Under the pieces are notes generated by a model. It had not been told where the DNA came from. It made no database searches and was given only the letters and a program-made list of their open reading frames with translations. DNA of 64,000 nt from the NCBI GenBank assembly GCA_965215945.1, contig CBDCFC010000018.1:61740-125739 (forward strand). The letters are read 5' to 3'. This DNA is from Arenicellales bacterium. GTDB taxonomy: Bacteria > Pseudomonadota > Gammaproteobacteria > Arenicellales > JAHEKD01. The number at the start of each line of letters is the position of its first letter. Within the stretch, counting starts at the first letter, position 1. The translations under genes were made by a program, and so were the position numbers. Shown one piece after another: positions 11,349 through 20,812 of this stretch.

Positions 11349-11603
11349 ATGAATACAAAAACTATTTTATTGATCGCCGCTTTACTCATACTTTCACCTG
11401 TTCAGGCTGGTGAATGGAAAGTGACATATAGCAGCTTTACAAATACTTATGATGTTTCTGATGGTGTTCAGAACCCGATACACTACAAAACCGAAAGGGC
11501 CGCTAATAAGGCAGCCAAAGTACTGAACAAAAACGAGAAAAAAAATGAGAAAGCAAGTGGCTTTATAGATAATGGAGATTGTCCAGAAGGTGTTTTATGT
11601 TAA
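11349..11603 (+). CDS. Small secreted protein, paralogue 2 (C-terminal GFIDNGDCPEGVLC)
   Basis: GGAG RBS before ATG 11349; signal-peptide-like MNTKTILLIAALLILSPVQA; C-terminus shared with the previous gene. Confidence 0.8.
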   Translation: MNTKTILLIAALLILSPVQAGEWKVTYSSFTNTYDVSDGVQNPIHYKTERAANKAAKVLNKNEKKNEKASGFIDNGDCPEGVLC

Positions 11604-11698
11604 ACAAGGCCCTTGAAGTCCACGGTACAATTTCGTACGAGTAGCAATATACTGTACAAAACTAATTTTTATACACTAAAAATTGCTGGTAAATATAA

Positions 11699-12475
11699 CT
11701 AGCTGGCTAGTCCCAGTTTTGCCGGTTCGCGATATTCTTCAAATATGCATAAATGCTCAGTAATGTCTTTTTGCAGCATCGATATTTTATACATATCAAA
11801 ACAAGGCATTAAATCAGCCAGCATGCGGGTTGAGTAACGCGGCGAAGGATGAGAGCGATCATTGGTGAAGTTGGTGCACGTCACTGTGTTATCGGTTGAA
11901 AAATTGTATTGAGCGGGGTTTTTACTAAGAAACTGACTGCTGGAATTGATGAAATACAATAATGTACCTTCATGTGAATAGTTAGAAATAAAGTCCATCA
12001 GATGAACAATATTATCCCGGCTCATGTAATTTAATTGATCCCATAAAATGACTAAGTCCAGCTGATAATCATACGGATGGGCAAATTGGAAAATTTCCTG
12101 ATAACTTTGTAAATCAAGATATTCATCTTTATAGGGTTGAATAACTTCAGAGAAAAGATCAAACAATCGATAATTACAAGGCCATTGCTGGAAAAACTGC
12201 ATTGTCTTGCTGCGTGGTGTGCTTAAATCAAGAATATAATATTTGGTGAGTTGCAGATTGTTAAAAACATTTTGAATTATCGGCAAGCATAATGATTTGT
12301 TTTGCCAATGGCCCGGATTAATGCTTCCCTGTTCACCCGAACCAAGTGTGTAGCGATTAGATGTACGCGTAGATTGCGACGTTGACCCGATATAACCGGG
12401 TTTCGTCTTGATTAACGATTCTGATTTAGGGCGGCGGCTCAACAACGTTGTTTCAATGTATACCTGGACATCCAA
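11699..12475 (-). CDS. Hypothetical protein, possibly degenerate SAM-methyltransferase-like fold, downstream of bactofilin
   Basis: 258-aa ORF; segments YILDLS and LDLVILWDQLNYM resemble class I MTase motifs, but there is no clear glycine-rich motif I. Confidence 0.5.
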   Translation of the reverse strand: MDVQVYIETTLLSRRPKSESLIKTKPGYIGSTSQSTRTSNRYTLGSGEQGSINPGHWQNKSLCLPIIQNVFNNLQLTKYYILDLSTPRSKTMQFFQQWPCNYRLFDLFSEVIQPYKDEYLDLQSYQEIFQFAHPYDYQLDLVILWDQLNYMSRDNIVHLMDFISNYSHEGTLLYFINSSSQFLSKNPAQYNFSTDNTVTCTNFTNDRSHPSPRYSTRMLADLMPCFDMYKISMLQKDITEHLCIFEEYREPAKLGLAS

Positions 12476-12527
12476 TAATGTCCAGGTTAGTTTAGCTTGT
12501 TAGCACCCTGGGTGCTAGAGTTTTAGT

Positions 12528-13070
12528 TCAGGCTTTGGCAGGGTTCTCAATTTTAGTCTGACTACTTTTGCCAGCAGGTGGCGTCGCACCATTTGCCTTT
12601 GATTCTGATGGCTTGCTCTCTCCTGCAAGTTTTTGTTCTTGCATGTCGATACCGCCTCTGAATTGACAACCGTCCTCAAGGACAACCCTAGGCGCAGCTA
12701 TATCGCCTTTGACTTGCCCTGAAGGCTTGACTCTAACTATTTCGGCCGCTTGAACTGTACCGGCAACCTTGCCCTCAATTTCTACGGCTTTAGCACTAAC
12801 GTCAGCATCTATACTTCCTTGTTTGCCTACCGAAAGCATGTTATTTGGCAATGATATGCTTCCTGAGATTTGCCCATGAATGATTAAGTTTTCATTGCCG
12901 GCAATATCACCATTAATACGAATGCTAGGACCAATTGATGCTTGGGGGCCTGACGTTGAAGAACCTGACGCTGAAGGTGTGGAATCTTGACTTAAACTAG
13001 GGCTGTTTCCACCGCCTGGGCGCAATGAGGTTGGTGCGGTATTTTCCGAACTTTCATGTTTTTTAAACAT
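12528..13070 (-). CDS. Bactofilin (polymer-forming cytoskeletal protein)
   Basis: Beta-helix repeats SIGPSIRINGDIAG.ENLIIHGQISGSI...V.IEGKVAGTV...G.VKGDI.APRVVLEDGCQFRGGIDM, flanked by disordered Ser/Pro tails. Confidence 0.92.
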   Translation of the reverse strand: MFKKHESSENTAPTSLRPGGGNSPSLSQDSTPSASGSSTSGPQASIGPSIRINGDIAGNENLIIHGQISGSISLPNNMLSVGKQGSIDADVSAKAVEIEGKVAGTVQAAEIVRVKPSGQVKGDIAAPRVVLEDGCQFRGGIDMQEQKLAGESKPSESKANGATPPAGKSSQTKIENPAKA

Positions 13071-13859
13071 ACAATAATTTCCTTTAATAAATTCACTTAA
13101 CTCGTTATTTTTATTATCATTTAGTAGACCTGGTCATCAAAAGACCATGTTAGAGAATAATCTACATAATCATCCCGGTCAATTAAAATTTTGTAAACTG
13201 ATGTTTAACAGATACTTGCTTGAAAAACTTCATCTAATTTATTGACTTTTAGCATTTTTACACTCAATCTAACATTTCCTCTCCAAGAAAAAATCAGATA
13301 TGAATTTTTTGGTCGTATAACTGTTTGAACTGATACAGCAAATATGGTGAATCTATGCAAATACCAGAACAGTCTGGAGTATTCAAAGCGATGTGAGTGC
13401 ATTTTTCCAATATTTTTCTTTTATGGGATGTGATTATGATTAAGTTATTTCTGATTTCGGCACTAACGTTATTTTGTATGCAATGTACTACTGTTGAGAA
13501 TCCGGAATCAGCGCTAGTAATTGAGCTGTTTAATAAAAACTAGTACTAAGAGCTTGGGTTGATTATAAAAGTTAGCCTTTTAACCTGGAGTGCCTTTTAC
13601 TGATTTAGAGACTGCATAGGTTTTTTATTCACTTGCCTGTTAGCCTAACCACGGTTTATATAATGAACATCTGGAGGAGTCGGGGCGACGGTAATAGTTC
13701 TCAATTTCCCCAATTACTGCGGTAATATTTCACAATTAACGAATAGTGATTTGTGCTTATAAATCAAGCACATTAGAATGGATTAACAAGAATCAAAAGT
13801 TAACAACCATAAGAATTATTTGATGATAATATTTAATAACAACATCGTACGGGGAAAAC

Positions 13860-14519
13860 ATGATGAATGTGAAATTCATGACAGTGCTGCTGGGCGTTCT
13901 GTTAGTAGTGGGTTTCGTTTCAGTAAAAACTAAACAAACAGAAAACCAATCAATACGTAATGGCTATAAAGTCACGTTGTCCAAGAATAAGACGGCAATT
14001 TTTGTCGCTGGAAAATTTGATCACGGAATATCCGATGAGGTCGCCAAACTCTATCTCGCCAACAAAAACACTGTTAAATCAATCATGTATTCCAGTACTG
14101 GTGGAAAGCTTCACGAATCAATTACGCTTTATCAGCTTGCGCACAAAAACAATCTGAATACTTATGCCATAAACAATTGCATGAGTGCATGTACAACTGC
14201 ATTCGTAGGAGGGCGTAATCGCATTTCACTGGTGCAAACCAAGTTTGGATTTCATCAATTTGGTGCCAAAGGGTATGAGGACATCGAACCTGACAATACT
14301 GTTTTTGTTGCTGCTCAAAATATCAATACGAATTTATTTGAAAAACAAGGTGTGAAAAAGGAGTTTCTAAATCAAATTTATGACGCTGAACATACAGAAA
14401 TATGGAGCCCAAATTTTATTGAACTGCTTAAAGCCAACGTCGTGCACAAATTCGTCTATGATCTCAATACAATTCCTGATTTCGATATTACCAATAAAAG
14501 ACTTTATCCTGATATTTGA
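13860..14519 (+). CDS. Exported protein with ClpP/crotonase-like fold (COG3904-like)
   Basis: N-terminal hydrophobic segment; SSTGG...C.SACTTAFVGGRNR...GFHQ pattern. Confidence 0.6.
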   Translation: MMNVKFMTVLLGVLLVVGFVSVKTKQTENQSIRNGYKVTLSKNKTAIFVAGKFDHGISDEVAKLYLANKNTVKSIMYSSTGGKLHESITLYQLAHKNNLNTYAINNCMSACTTAFVGGRNRISLVQTKFGFHQFGAKGYEDIEPDNTVFVAAQNINTNLFEKQGVKKEFLNQIYDAEHTEIWSPNFIELLKANVVHKFVYDLNTIPDFDITNKRLYPDI

Positions 14520-14792
14520 CTGCTGGACATCCAAGTAAATAATTAAAAACTACAATTAGTAATACTCAGTTAATTCAACAAGTTAGCTTTCTATTATTCC
14601 AACTAAACCATAATAAATTCTACAGAAATCTGGTATTTACGTGAAATTCTAGTTTCTCCAACAAAAATATGAAATCTTTTAACCTCATTACAGATCAGTT
14701 ACATTAAAGTTAATAAACCACACATAATGAATTTCAAAACAATGAGTATCATTAATGGGTGACTGGCAAGTAATTTATTAGCAGAGCGTAGT

Positions 14793-15269
14793 ATGGGACT
14801 TATACACGCGCAAGTTAAATTAACTAATATCTCAATTAATCAAGCTATTGAGATTAGGGCAGTTGTTGATACTGGTATACCTTTCATGTGTGTGACTGAG
14901 GAAATGACTGTCCAACTGGGTTTCGATCTTTCTGAGTCCAGTGCACAGCATGTAATGACGATCGATAACCAACAAGTCTTGCTTCCAAAAATTTCACCAA
15001 TTGAAATTGAATTTGAAAATCGATCTTATGTGACAGAGGCACTAGTTTTAGCTGATGAAGCATTGATGGGGATGATTCCGCTTCAGGCGATGGATTTGGT
15101 AGTTGATCCAATACAACAAAAATTAATAGTAAACCCTGCACATCCTAATTATCCGCTTGTATTGGCTAAGAGTATAAACACTACAACCAATTGGAGTAAC
15201 AGAAGTAAATATTTTGAGTCGAATTGGCACCATTTTTTAGTTATATCGCAAGAAACCCACTGTTCTTAG
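14793..15269 (+). CDS. Clan AA (retropepsin-like) aspartic protease
   Basis: MGLIHAQVKLTN start, catalytic VVDTG and LMGMIPLQAMDLVVDP. About 30 extra residues after NPAHPNYPLVLAK overlap the tniQ 3' end. Confidence 0.8.
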   Translation: MGLIHAQVKLTNISINQAIEIRAVVDTGIPFMCVTEEMTVQLGFDLSESSAQHVMTIDNQQVLLPKISPIEIEFENRSYVTEALVLADEALMGMIPLQAMDLVVDPIQQKLIVNPAHPNYPLVLAKSINTTTNWSNRSKYFESNWHHFLVISQETHCS

Positions 15270-16650
15270 TGAATCGTAATTTATGGTTCAGGAAGACTTT
15301 GGGCAAAGTTAAAATAAAACAATCATTATCTTTATGAATATAGTATGGGCAAAAATATTCGCTGCTCGTCCTGACTATGGGGGGACATTCAGACCTAAGT
15401 TCGATTAAACATTTTGGGCCTTTTTTAAGTGATTTTTCTAGGTATACAAAACTTGTGTAGATTCTTAGAAATAAAGTCCATAAATCAATATGAAGTAATA
15501 ACGCCTGTATATTTTTATTCAAATAGATTGATTGGTCTAGTGTATTTTTTTTATCAAATACATTGAGTGTCGTTACCATCCTCGGAAACCTGATAAGATT
15601 ATCTGATGCCGTCAATTCCTTGAGTTGATTCGCAAAAACATAAGGGATCATCGGTGTATTCAGTTGTTCAGTTGAGACTCTGTATAAAAGTGAATTCAGT
15701 TCTTTCAAAAGAATAGATCTGAACAAATACAATGCTTTGCAAGAACCACAGTACAGTGCATAGTCGGTTTTGAGTCTGGAACAATATCCGGGGGGATGAT
15801 TTGATTTGTTGACTTCCGATATTGTGTCATGGGTTTTTCTCAAGAGTTTTTTAATGGTTTTTATCTTGATATCTTTCTCAACATAGTAACTATTCGCAGT
15901 CATTTTCTGCACTCTCGATGCGGAAAATTTTATGCAAAAATGTTTGTGTCGTGGAAGTTTGGCTGTACGAAATATACGACCATGATTAGTATTCTTATTA
16001 GAGTGGATTTTAACAGCGGTGGGTTGAAATGCTGATAATGTATTTATTGTAGGTCGATCATAAATTGATCTTTGAAATATAAATTCATACCACAAACCTT
16101 GACTTTTCTTTAGAGGCTTGAAAAGTTTTTTGAGTTTCTTTATTTCTACATATGGTTTTTTGTTGAATGCATTTCGCTCATGAAGAATCTTGATGGGTAT
16201 ATCAATCCCACAGGATAAACAGGTATTATTGAATAGTTGATTCATTGTTGGCCAACTTCCTCCGCAACCATCACAAATCTCTGTTAAAGGTCGTTTATGA
16301 ACAGGGCAGTTTGCCACCCATAGAAATTCAAATAAATCAGTGTGATAACCAATTTTTGCGCATTCAGGGCAGTTTCGCGTTATTTTAAGTTTAATTGATT
16401 TCGTTTTCTCGAAATCCAGTCGTGCTAAATTGGGATGATTGGCAGCTTGTTGATAGGCCAGGGCAATTTGAGTCAAAGGAGGACTATAAGCAGAATCATA
16501 TTTGCATTCTAAGTCAGTCACTAGTTCTTTCAGTGCGCTGGACATAATACTCTTTTCTCTCATACAACCAGAATTCGCAATTAATAAGGTTCTAAATTTC
16601 GAATAATCACTCTGATGAGGCTTAGCCAATAGTAAACCTGTGTTAATCAT
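15241..16650 (-). CDS. tniQ: TniQ/TnsD-like target-selector protein
   Basis: Zn-finger series CPEC...CPVH...CDGC...CLSC. The ATG at 16650 overlaps the tnsC stop (ATGA). It is the last gene of the tns operon. Confidence 0.8.
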   Translation of the reverse strand: MINTGLLLAKPHQSDYSKFRTLLIANSGCMREKSIMSSALKELVTDLECKYDSAYSPPLTQIALAYQQAANHPNLARLDFEKTKSIKLKITRNCPECAKIGYHTDLFEFLWVANCPVHKRPLTEICDGCGGSWPTMNQLFNNTCLSCGIDIPIKILHERNAFNKKPYVEIKKLKKLFKPLKKSQGLWYEFIFQRSIYDRPTINTLSAFQPTAVKIHSNKNTNHGRIFRTAKLPRHKHFCIKFSASRVQKMTANSYYVEKDIKIKTIKKLLRKTHDTISEVNKSNHPPGYCSRLKTDYALYCGSCKALYLFRSILLKELNSLLYRVSTEQLNTPMIPYVFANQLKELTASDNLIRFPRMVTTLNVFDKKNTLDQSIYLNKNIQALLLHIDLWTLFLRIYTSFVYLEKSLKKGPKCLIELRSECPPIVRTSSEYFCPYYIHKDNDCFILTLPKVFLNHKLRFTKNSGFLAI

Positions 16651-17609
16651 TTCTCGATACAAACCAGATTGGGTATGAGACCAGAAGCCTTGATTGATTC
16701 ATCAATCATGTCATAAGTAAGCCGATTATCATCAATACCATACCTTGGCAGATAATCAATAATGAGTGTTTTTAGAGTAGAAATGAAGTATTGCATTGGC
16801 CAGGAAGATAATTTGAGCTGTGATTTATAGTTATCATAAAAGACCTCCCAAATTTCATGGCTCAGCTCATTCAATCGCCAGCCTTTATCGTATTCAACCT
16901 TAAGAAAATATTCGGTGACTGATTGATTTTCACCGAGTGGAAATTTTACATCGTCGTATTGTTTTAAGCATTTCTTCACTTCGGCATGAGATTGTAAGCC
17001 GTGATAGATATAGCTGTCGGTAAAAAAACGACCACGAATAAGTTCATTCTCTGAACTTAATACCTTTTTAATCAAATCTTGAGTTGCCGTATAGTTGCCA
17101 ATAAAGAAAACGCTTATATTAACCTTGAGTTCCACTAAACGATCATATAGCTCAGCAAATGCCTCAAGCTGATGTATATTCAATCTGTGCATTTCATCTA
17201 CGATTAGGACGACCTGATTTGTATCGTTAGACATCGCTAATTCACCAAAGTAATGAATCAAATCGTTTGACATATCGTCAGCTCGAGCACGTAACGAAAT
17301 CTTTTTATTCAGAGAAAGGCATAAGTTTCTGAAGATGCTGGCTACGGTGTTTACATCTCGTCTGTGTATGGTTAGACGGTGTACGGGAATGAGTTGATCT
17401 GATCGATTTTTGAGTCTATTAGCAATATATTGAGTTGCTCTTGTCTTGCCAACACGGTAGTTGCCGACTATTAAGCCTCCTGTAATTCCGTTCCAGAGCC
17501 AGTGTTGGAGTTTAGATTCCAACTCTTCCATCATCGGTGTCTTAATCATGAATTCACTTTGATTGAAAATAGGGTGAGTAGAACTGAAATTAGTTTTGAG
17601 TTTAGTCAT
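16647..17609 (-). CDS. tnsC: TnsC-like AAA+ ATPase
   Basis: Walker A GNYRVGKT and Walker B LIVDEMH; ATGA overlap with the tnsB stop. Confidence 0.88.
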   Translation of the reverse strand: MTKLKTNFSSTHPIFNQSEFMIKTPMMEELESKLQHWLWNGITGGLIVGNYRVGKTRATQYIANRLKNRSDQLIPVHRLTIHRRDVNTVASIFRNLCLSLNKKISLRARADDMSNDLIHYFGELAMSNDTNQVVLIVDEMHRLNIHQLEAFAELYDRLVELKVNISVFFIGNYTATQDLIKKVLSSENELIRGRFFTDSYIYHGLQSHAEVKKCLKQYDDVKFPLGENQSVTEYFLKVEYDKGWRLNELSHEIWEVFYDNYKSQLKLSSWPMQYFISTLKTLIIDYLPRYGIDDNRLTYDMIDESIKASGLIPNLVCIEK

Positions 17610-19492
17610 GCTATTGGCCCATCTGAATACAAATTGGGCGACCAACTCGCAATTGCTTTTTTTGAAAGTAGTCTGGATCTTTTGATTTTTTGAAAATTTG
17701 CTCTTCGTTTTTCTAGCTTTTCCTTAGGATGAATAGTAGCGCTGTATTCACGAGAAACTCTGATTAACTCAGTTGAAATTTTAGGTAATTCCCTGTTCTC
17801 GAGCAAATAGTCAAAATAACCACTTAACGGGTCAGTAGAATCAAGCCGCTTCAATTTTGTAATTTTAGATATCTTTTGTCGTGTTTTTGTACTGTGAGCA
17901 AACTTTTGCCATGATTTAGGCGCATAAAGTTCACCAATTTCCTCTCCAGTCTGGGCAAACGCTTTGAGAATTCGTATATCTCTGCAATCAATTTCGACTA
18001 GAATTTCCTTATTATTCTGACGGAAACTGGAAATACATTTACCGTTATAACGTACTCCTAAAAAGTTAATATATGGATCTCGATTTTCTCGTTTGTTCCA
18101 TTTGATCTTTACTTTTTTAATCTGTTTATAAGGGCAGGCGTCGGGTTTTTTATTTAATCTAAAAAGCGGGATAGGGTAATTACGCATTTGATATTTCATC
18201 TCTTCCATGGGAGATCGACCTTTCAGCTGATCAGATGCTTTTATGTTATGTGACGTGATCAAAACGCTCAGAACTTCTTCGAGTGCGTTTATTGTCAATT
18301 TAGGCGGCTTTTTACGGTTTGATTTGCTTTCCCGAATTGGATCTGTTGGATACGATCCAGATGTTGAAGCAAATCTATTCATTTGGTCTGAAAGTTGTTT
18401 GAACGCATATTCAACATAATTTCTACCTTTGGGGTTGCCAGGTAAACCAAGATTAAATGTGGCTCCAAGAGATTCACAAATGTAATCACGTACGAGATGT
18501 GATAAATGACACAAGGCATTATCTAATCGTACAATTCCTATCCCCGCATTCTCGAATTCTGTTCCTAAACAACTCGGTAGGCAGGCACCCTGTTCATACT
18601 CAAGACCAGGTGTTTTAAGTTTCATCGGTCTCCAGGGCTTATGGATGTTTTCGAGCAAATTTAATAAATCAATTTGAGTCGGCGATTTAGTAAAACAAAG
18701 CTGAAAAGATAATATGCAATCTGATGCAACATCTTTTACTAGATAAAGTGAAAGTCGGCTTAACCGATGGGGTAGCAATTCTCCACCTACTTCAAGATAA
18801 ATGCTTGTTGTGACGTCAAGAACTTGCGAATCAATTTGTAATTCCTGATAAATTAAATTTGACGGAGTGATTGAATTTACAGTGCGCTGAATCTTTTCCT
18901 TGGGCTTGGTTAATTCTTTGGACCTTTGATGGAAATATTTTCGTGCTGTTTCGTAACCTCTTTTTTCTTGATTGAAAGGGTATTTGTCCTGCGGCCAGTG
19001 TTTCTCTCGTAAAAGCCGGAGAAATTCCGAGTGAAATACATTTGGTGTTAAATTCTGCCCATGAGATAGCTTTTTCAGATGGGCCAGAATCATTTTGTCT
19101 AACTTGACCCTTATCTCAGGATTTGATCGCATGATATGCATGAATGCACCACGATTACCAAAGTAATTCGCACCTTGGCTTAGTGGTTTCTTTCGATGAC
19201 CTAGTCTTAGTCGATAGCCCGGAATTAATGCTTTTGTAAGCGGGGGTGGAGACTGAGCATCGCCCGCTAACGATCTTTTTAACAAATGATAAATATGAGA
19301 AGTGCTGACATAGTTACGTTTAGCAATTCTATTAAAGGACATGTTTTCGAGAACACTGGTAATAATCCTACAGTTTCTATTGAAGGTTTTTTGTTTACTT
19401 TTGGGCAAATCATATAGATCGATATATGGCCAGTTGTTAAAGTTTTTGTAAGATGGAGATTGCTCCAAACGTTCGCGCCAGCTTAAGTGCAT
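17606..19492 (-). CDS. tnsB: TnsB-like DDE transposase (Mu/integrase fold)
   Basis: QIDS, RLDNA and GRNYVEYAF give the D-D-E triad; the C-terminal Mu-like region is YINFLGVRY...IDCRDIRIL. Confidence 0.85.
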   Translation of the reverse strand: MHLSWRERLEQSPSYKNFNNWPYIDLYDLPKSKQKTFNRNCRIITSVLENMSFNRIAKRNYVSTSHIYHLLKRSLAGDAQSPPPLTKALIPGYRLRLGHRKKPLSQGANYFGNRGAFMHIMRSNPEIRVKLDKMILAHLKKLSHGQNLTPNVFHSEFLRLLREKHWPQDKYPFNQEKRGYETARKYFHQRSKELTKPKEKIQRTVNSITPSNLIYQELQIDSQVLDVTTSIYLEVGGELLPHRLSRLSLYLVKDVASDCILSFQLCFTKSPTQIDLLNLLENIHKPWRPMKLKTPGLEYEQGACLPSCLGTEFENAGIGIVRLDNALCHLSHLVRDYICESLGATFNLGLPGNPKGRNYVEYAFKQLSDQMNRFASTSGSYPTDPIRESKSNRKKPPKLTINALEEVLSVLITSHNIKASDQLKGRSPMEEMKYQMRNYPIPLFRLNKKPDACPYKQIKKVKIKWNKRENRDPYINFLGVRYNGKCISSFRQNNKEILVEIDCRDIRILKAFAQTGEEIGELYAPKSWQKFAHSTKTRQKISKITKLKRLDSTDPLSGYFDYLLENRELPKISTELIRVSREYSATIHPKEKLEKRRANFQKIKRSRLLSKKAIASWSPNLYSDGPIA

Positions 19493-20133
19493 AGTGTTAC
19501 CCTCGTATCGAATGAAATGCCTGTTTGCTCTAAGTCAAGATTTATTTTTCCCCGATGTGCCAGCCTGAATACAGCGATTTCATCTAGATAACTTCTCAAT
19601 CGATCACCTAAATCTAAAATGTCGCCAAGATTAAGTTCACCGGATTCGAAAATGCGAGTAAGGATAGTTCGCTCTTGATATTGAGTATCCTCTGATTCTG
19701 CGTTTACAAGCGATCGAGTAATATGTAGCCAATTTAATCCGAGTGTTTCTTTCGCAAGAATTTCCTCATTCGAGAGAACTTTAAAAGTCATATTATTGAA
19801 ATTGAAAAATTCAACGAGTGGTATTTTTAGTTCGTCTTTAAATTTTCCCCCTGGTTTTATTTCAACAACTATTCTTTTTCCATCTTCTAATATATATAAG
19901 TCAGGTACATAGCGTCGGTTACCAACTCGTAAAGCTAAAGCCTGCGGCACAAATGACAAGACAGATGGCCTAGATTCTAAAATCGCGGAATGAATTAATT
20001 CTGCGTATGAATGAAAAATACCGGTACCGGGGAATTTAATAAAACGCTGTAAATAACAATCGGCACTTCGTAATAGTCTTAATGCTGATTTTGATTGTTG
20101 TTGTGGGATTAAACTTTCTGCGACTATGTTCAT
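19483..20133 (-). CDS. tnsA: TnsA-like endonuclease
   Basis: PD-(D/E)XK motif YVPDLY...VVEIKP, ES...E...LE and FVPQ; GGAGG RBS before ATG 20133. Confidence 0.85.
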   Translation of the reverse strand: MNIVAESLIPQQQSKSALRLLRSADCYLQRFIKFPGTGIFHSYAELIHSAILESRPSVLSFVPQALALRVGNRRYVPDLYILEDGKRIVVEIKPGGKFKDELKIPLVEFFNFNNMTFKVLSNEEILAKETLGLNWLHITRSLVNAESEDTQYQERTILTRIFESGELNLGDILDLGDRLRSYLDEIAVFRLAHRGKINLDLEQTGISFDTRVTLCT

Positions 20134-20227
20134 TATTTTTAGGCCTCCAATCTTTACGAACAAAGCGATTACAAATTCAGAACAAAAAATATATATTAAT
20201 TTCCAATAATATACGGTAAAATTCCTA

Positions 20228-20255
20228 AATAATTTGTTGTATACAACAAATTATT
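20228..20255. promoter_or_regulatory. Perfect 28-bp palindrome between divergent tnsA and HTH gene (putative operator)
   Basis: AATAATTTGTTGTATACAACAAATTATT is its own reverse complement. Confidence 0.7.
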
Positions 20256-20287
20256 ACTTTGCTAATGGTTTAAAATAGAGGATATTT

Positions 20288-20749
20288 ATGTATGTATCAC
20301 AGGGTTACAAACCCCAAGTAGCTCGTGATGTATTAAATGTTTCGCAAGAGACATTTAGATATTGGCGCGAAAATATTGATCCTAAAACAGCTCGAAGTCA
20401 CTTTTCGCCTTCGGATTTGCTTGTTTACAGAATCTTAAAGGCTTATACCATGGACCATGGTATTTCTATTAAAAGACTTAAAAATTTTGACTGGTCGAAA
20501 TTATTCACTGAATTTAATAGACAATCCTATCCGAAATTAAAAAACTTAGTTGTTGTTTTAAATCAAAGAGAAGGTTTTCTAAAATTAATGACATCTGAGG
20601 AGGCTGCACATTACAGCCATTATAGTAATCTTAAGGTAGATCTAAAAACGATAATTGAAGAGAATATTATGGCTCTACTGGGTAAAGGAGAAAACCCAAA
20701 TAAACGAATTCTTTCTTTGAACGATTTTATATTTTTAGAAACAGAATAA
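20288..20749 (+). CDS. MerR-like winged-HTH DNA-binding protein
   Basis: N-terminus YKPQVARDVLNVSQETFRYWRENI...RSHFSPSDL fits a MerR/excisionase-type HTH; GAGG RBS. Confidence 0.6.
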   Translation: MYVSQGYKPQVARDVLNVSQETFRYWRENIDPKTARSHFSPSDLLVYRILKAYTMDHGISIKRLKNFDWSKLFTEFNRQSYPKLKNLVVVLNQREGFLKLMTSEEAAHYSHYSNLKVDLKTIIEENIMALLGKGENPNKRILSLNDFIFLETE

Positions 20750-20812
20750 TAAAATTCGTCTGGTAGATAAATTCGTTTGCAAGGCTTGAGAAAGGCGTAG
20801 AGTTTATACAAA

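Larger units (their letters stand above)
15241..20133 (-). mobile_element. Tn7-like transposition module tnsA-tnsB-tnsC-tniQ (ends not identified)
   Basis: Four translationally coupled genes in canonical Tn7-like order; no cas genes or CRISPR array nearby. Confidence 0.85.

Noticed and set aside
11069-11603. RiPP precursor interpretation of the tandem small proteins
   Set aside because: They have Sec-type signal peptides, and there are no neighbouring modification enzymes, peptidase-transporters or RRE proteins.
13660-13690. TGGAGGAGTCGGGGCGA as a tRNA 3' end or att site
   Set aside because: No T-loop (GTTCRA) or cloverleaf could be built on either strand.
13752-13845. TAACAA(CCATAAG) repeats and a TGTGCTT-N7-AAGCACA dyad as a possible Tn7-like end
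   Set aside because: The spacing is irregular, the DNA is AT-rich, and no matching set was found at the other side of the island; chance is plausible.
13080-20290. CRISPR array or cas genes making the Tn7-like element a CAST
   Set aside because: No regularly spaced direct repeats and no Cas6/7/8 or Cas12k-like ORF were seen anywhere in the window.
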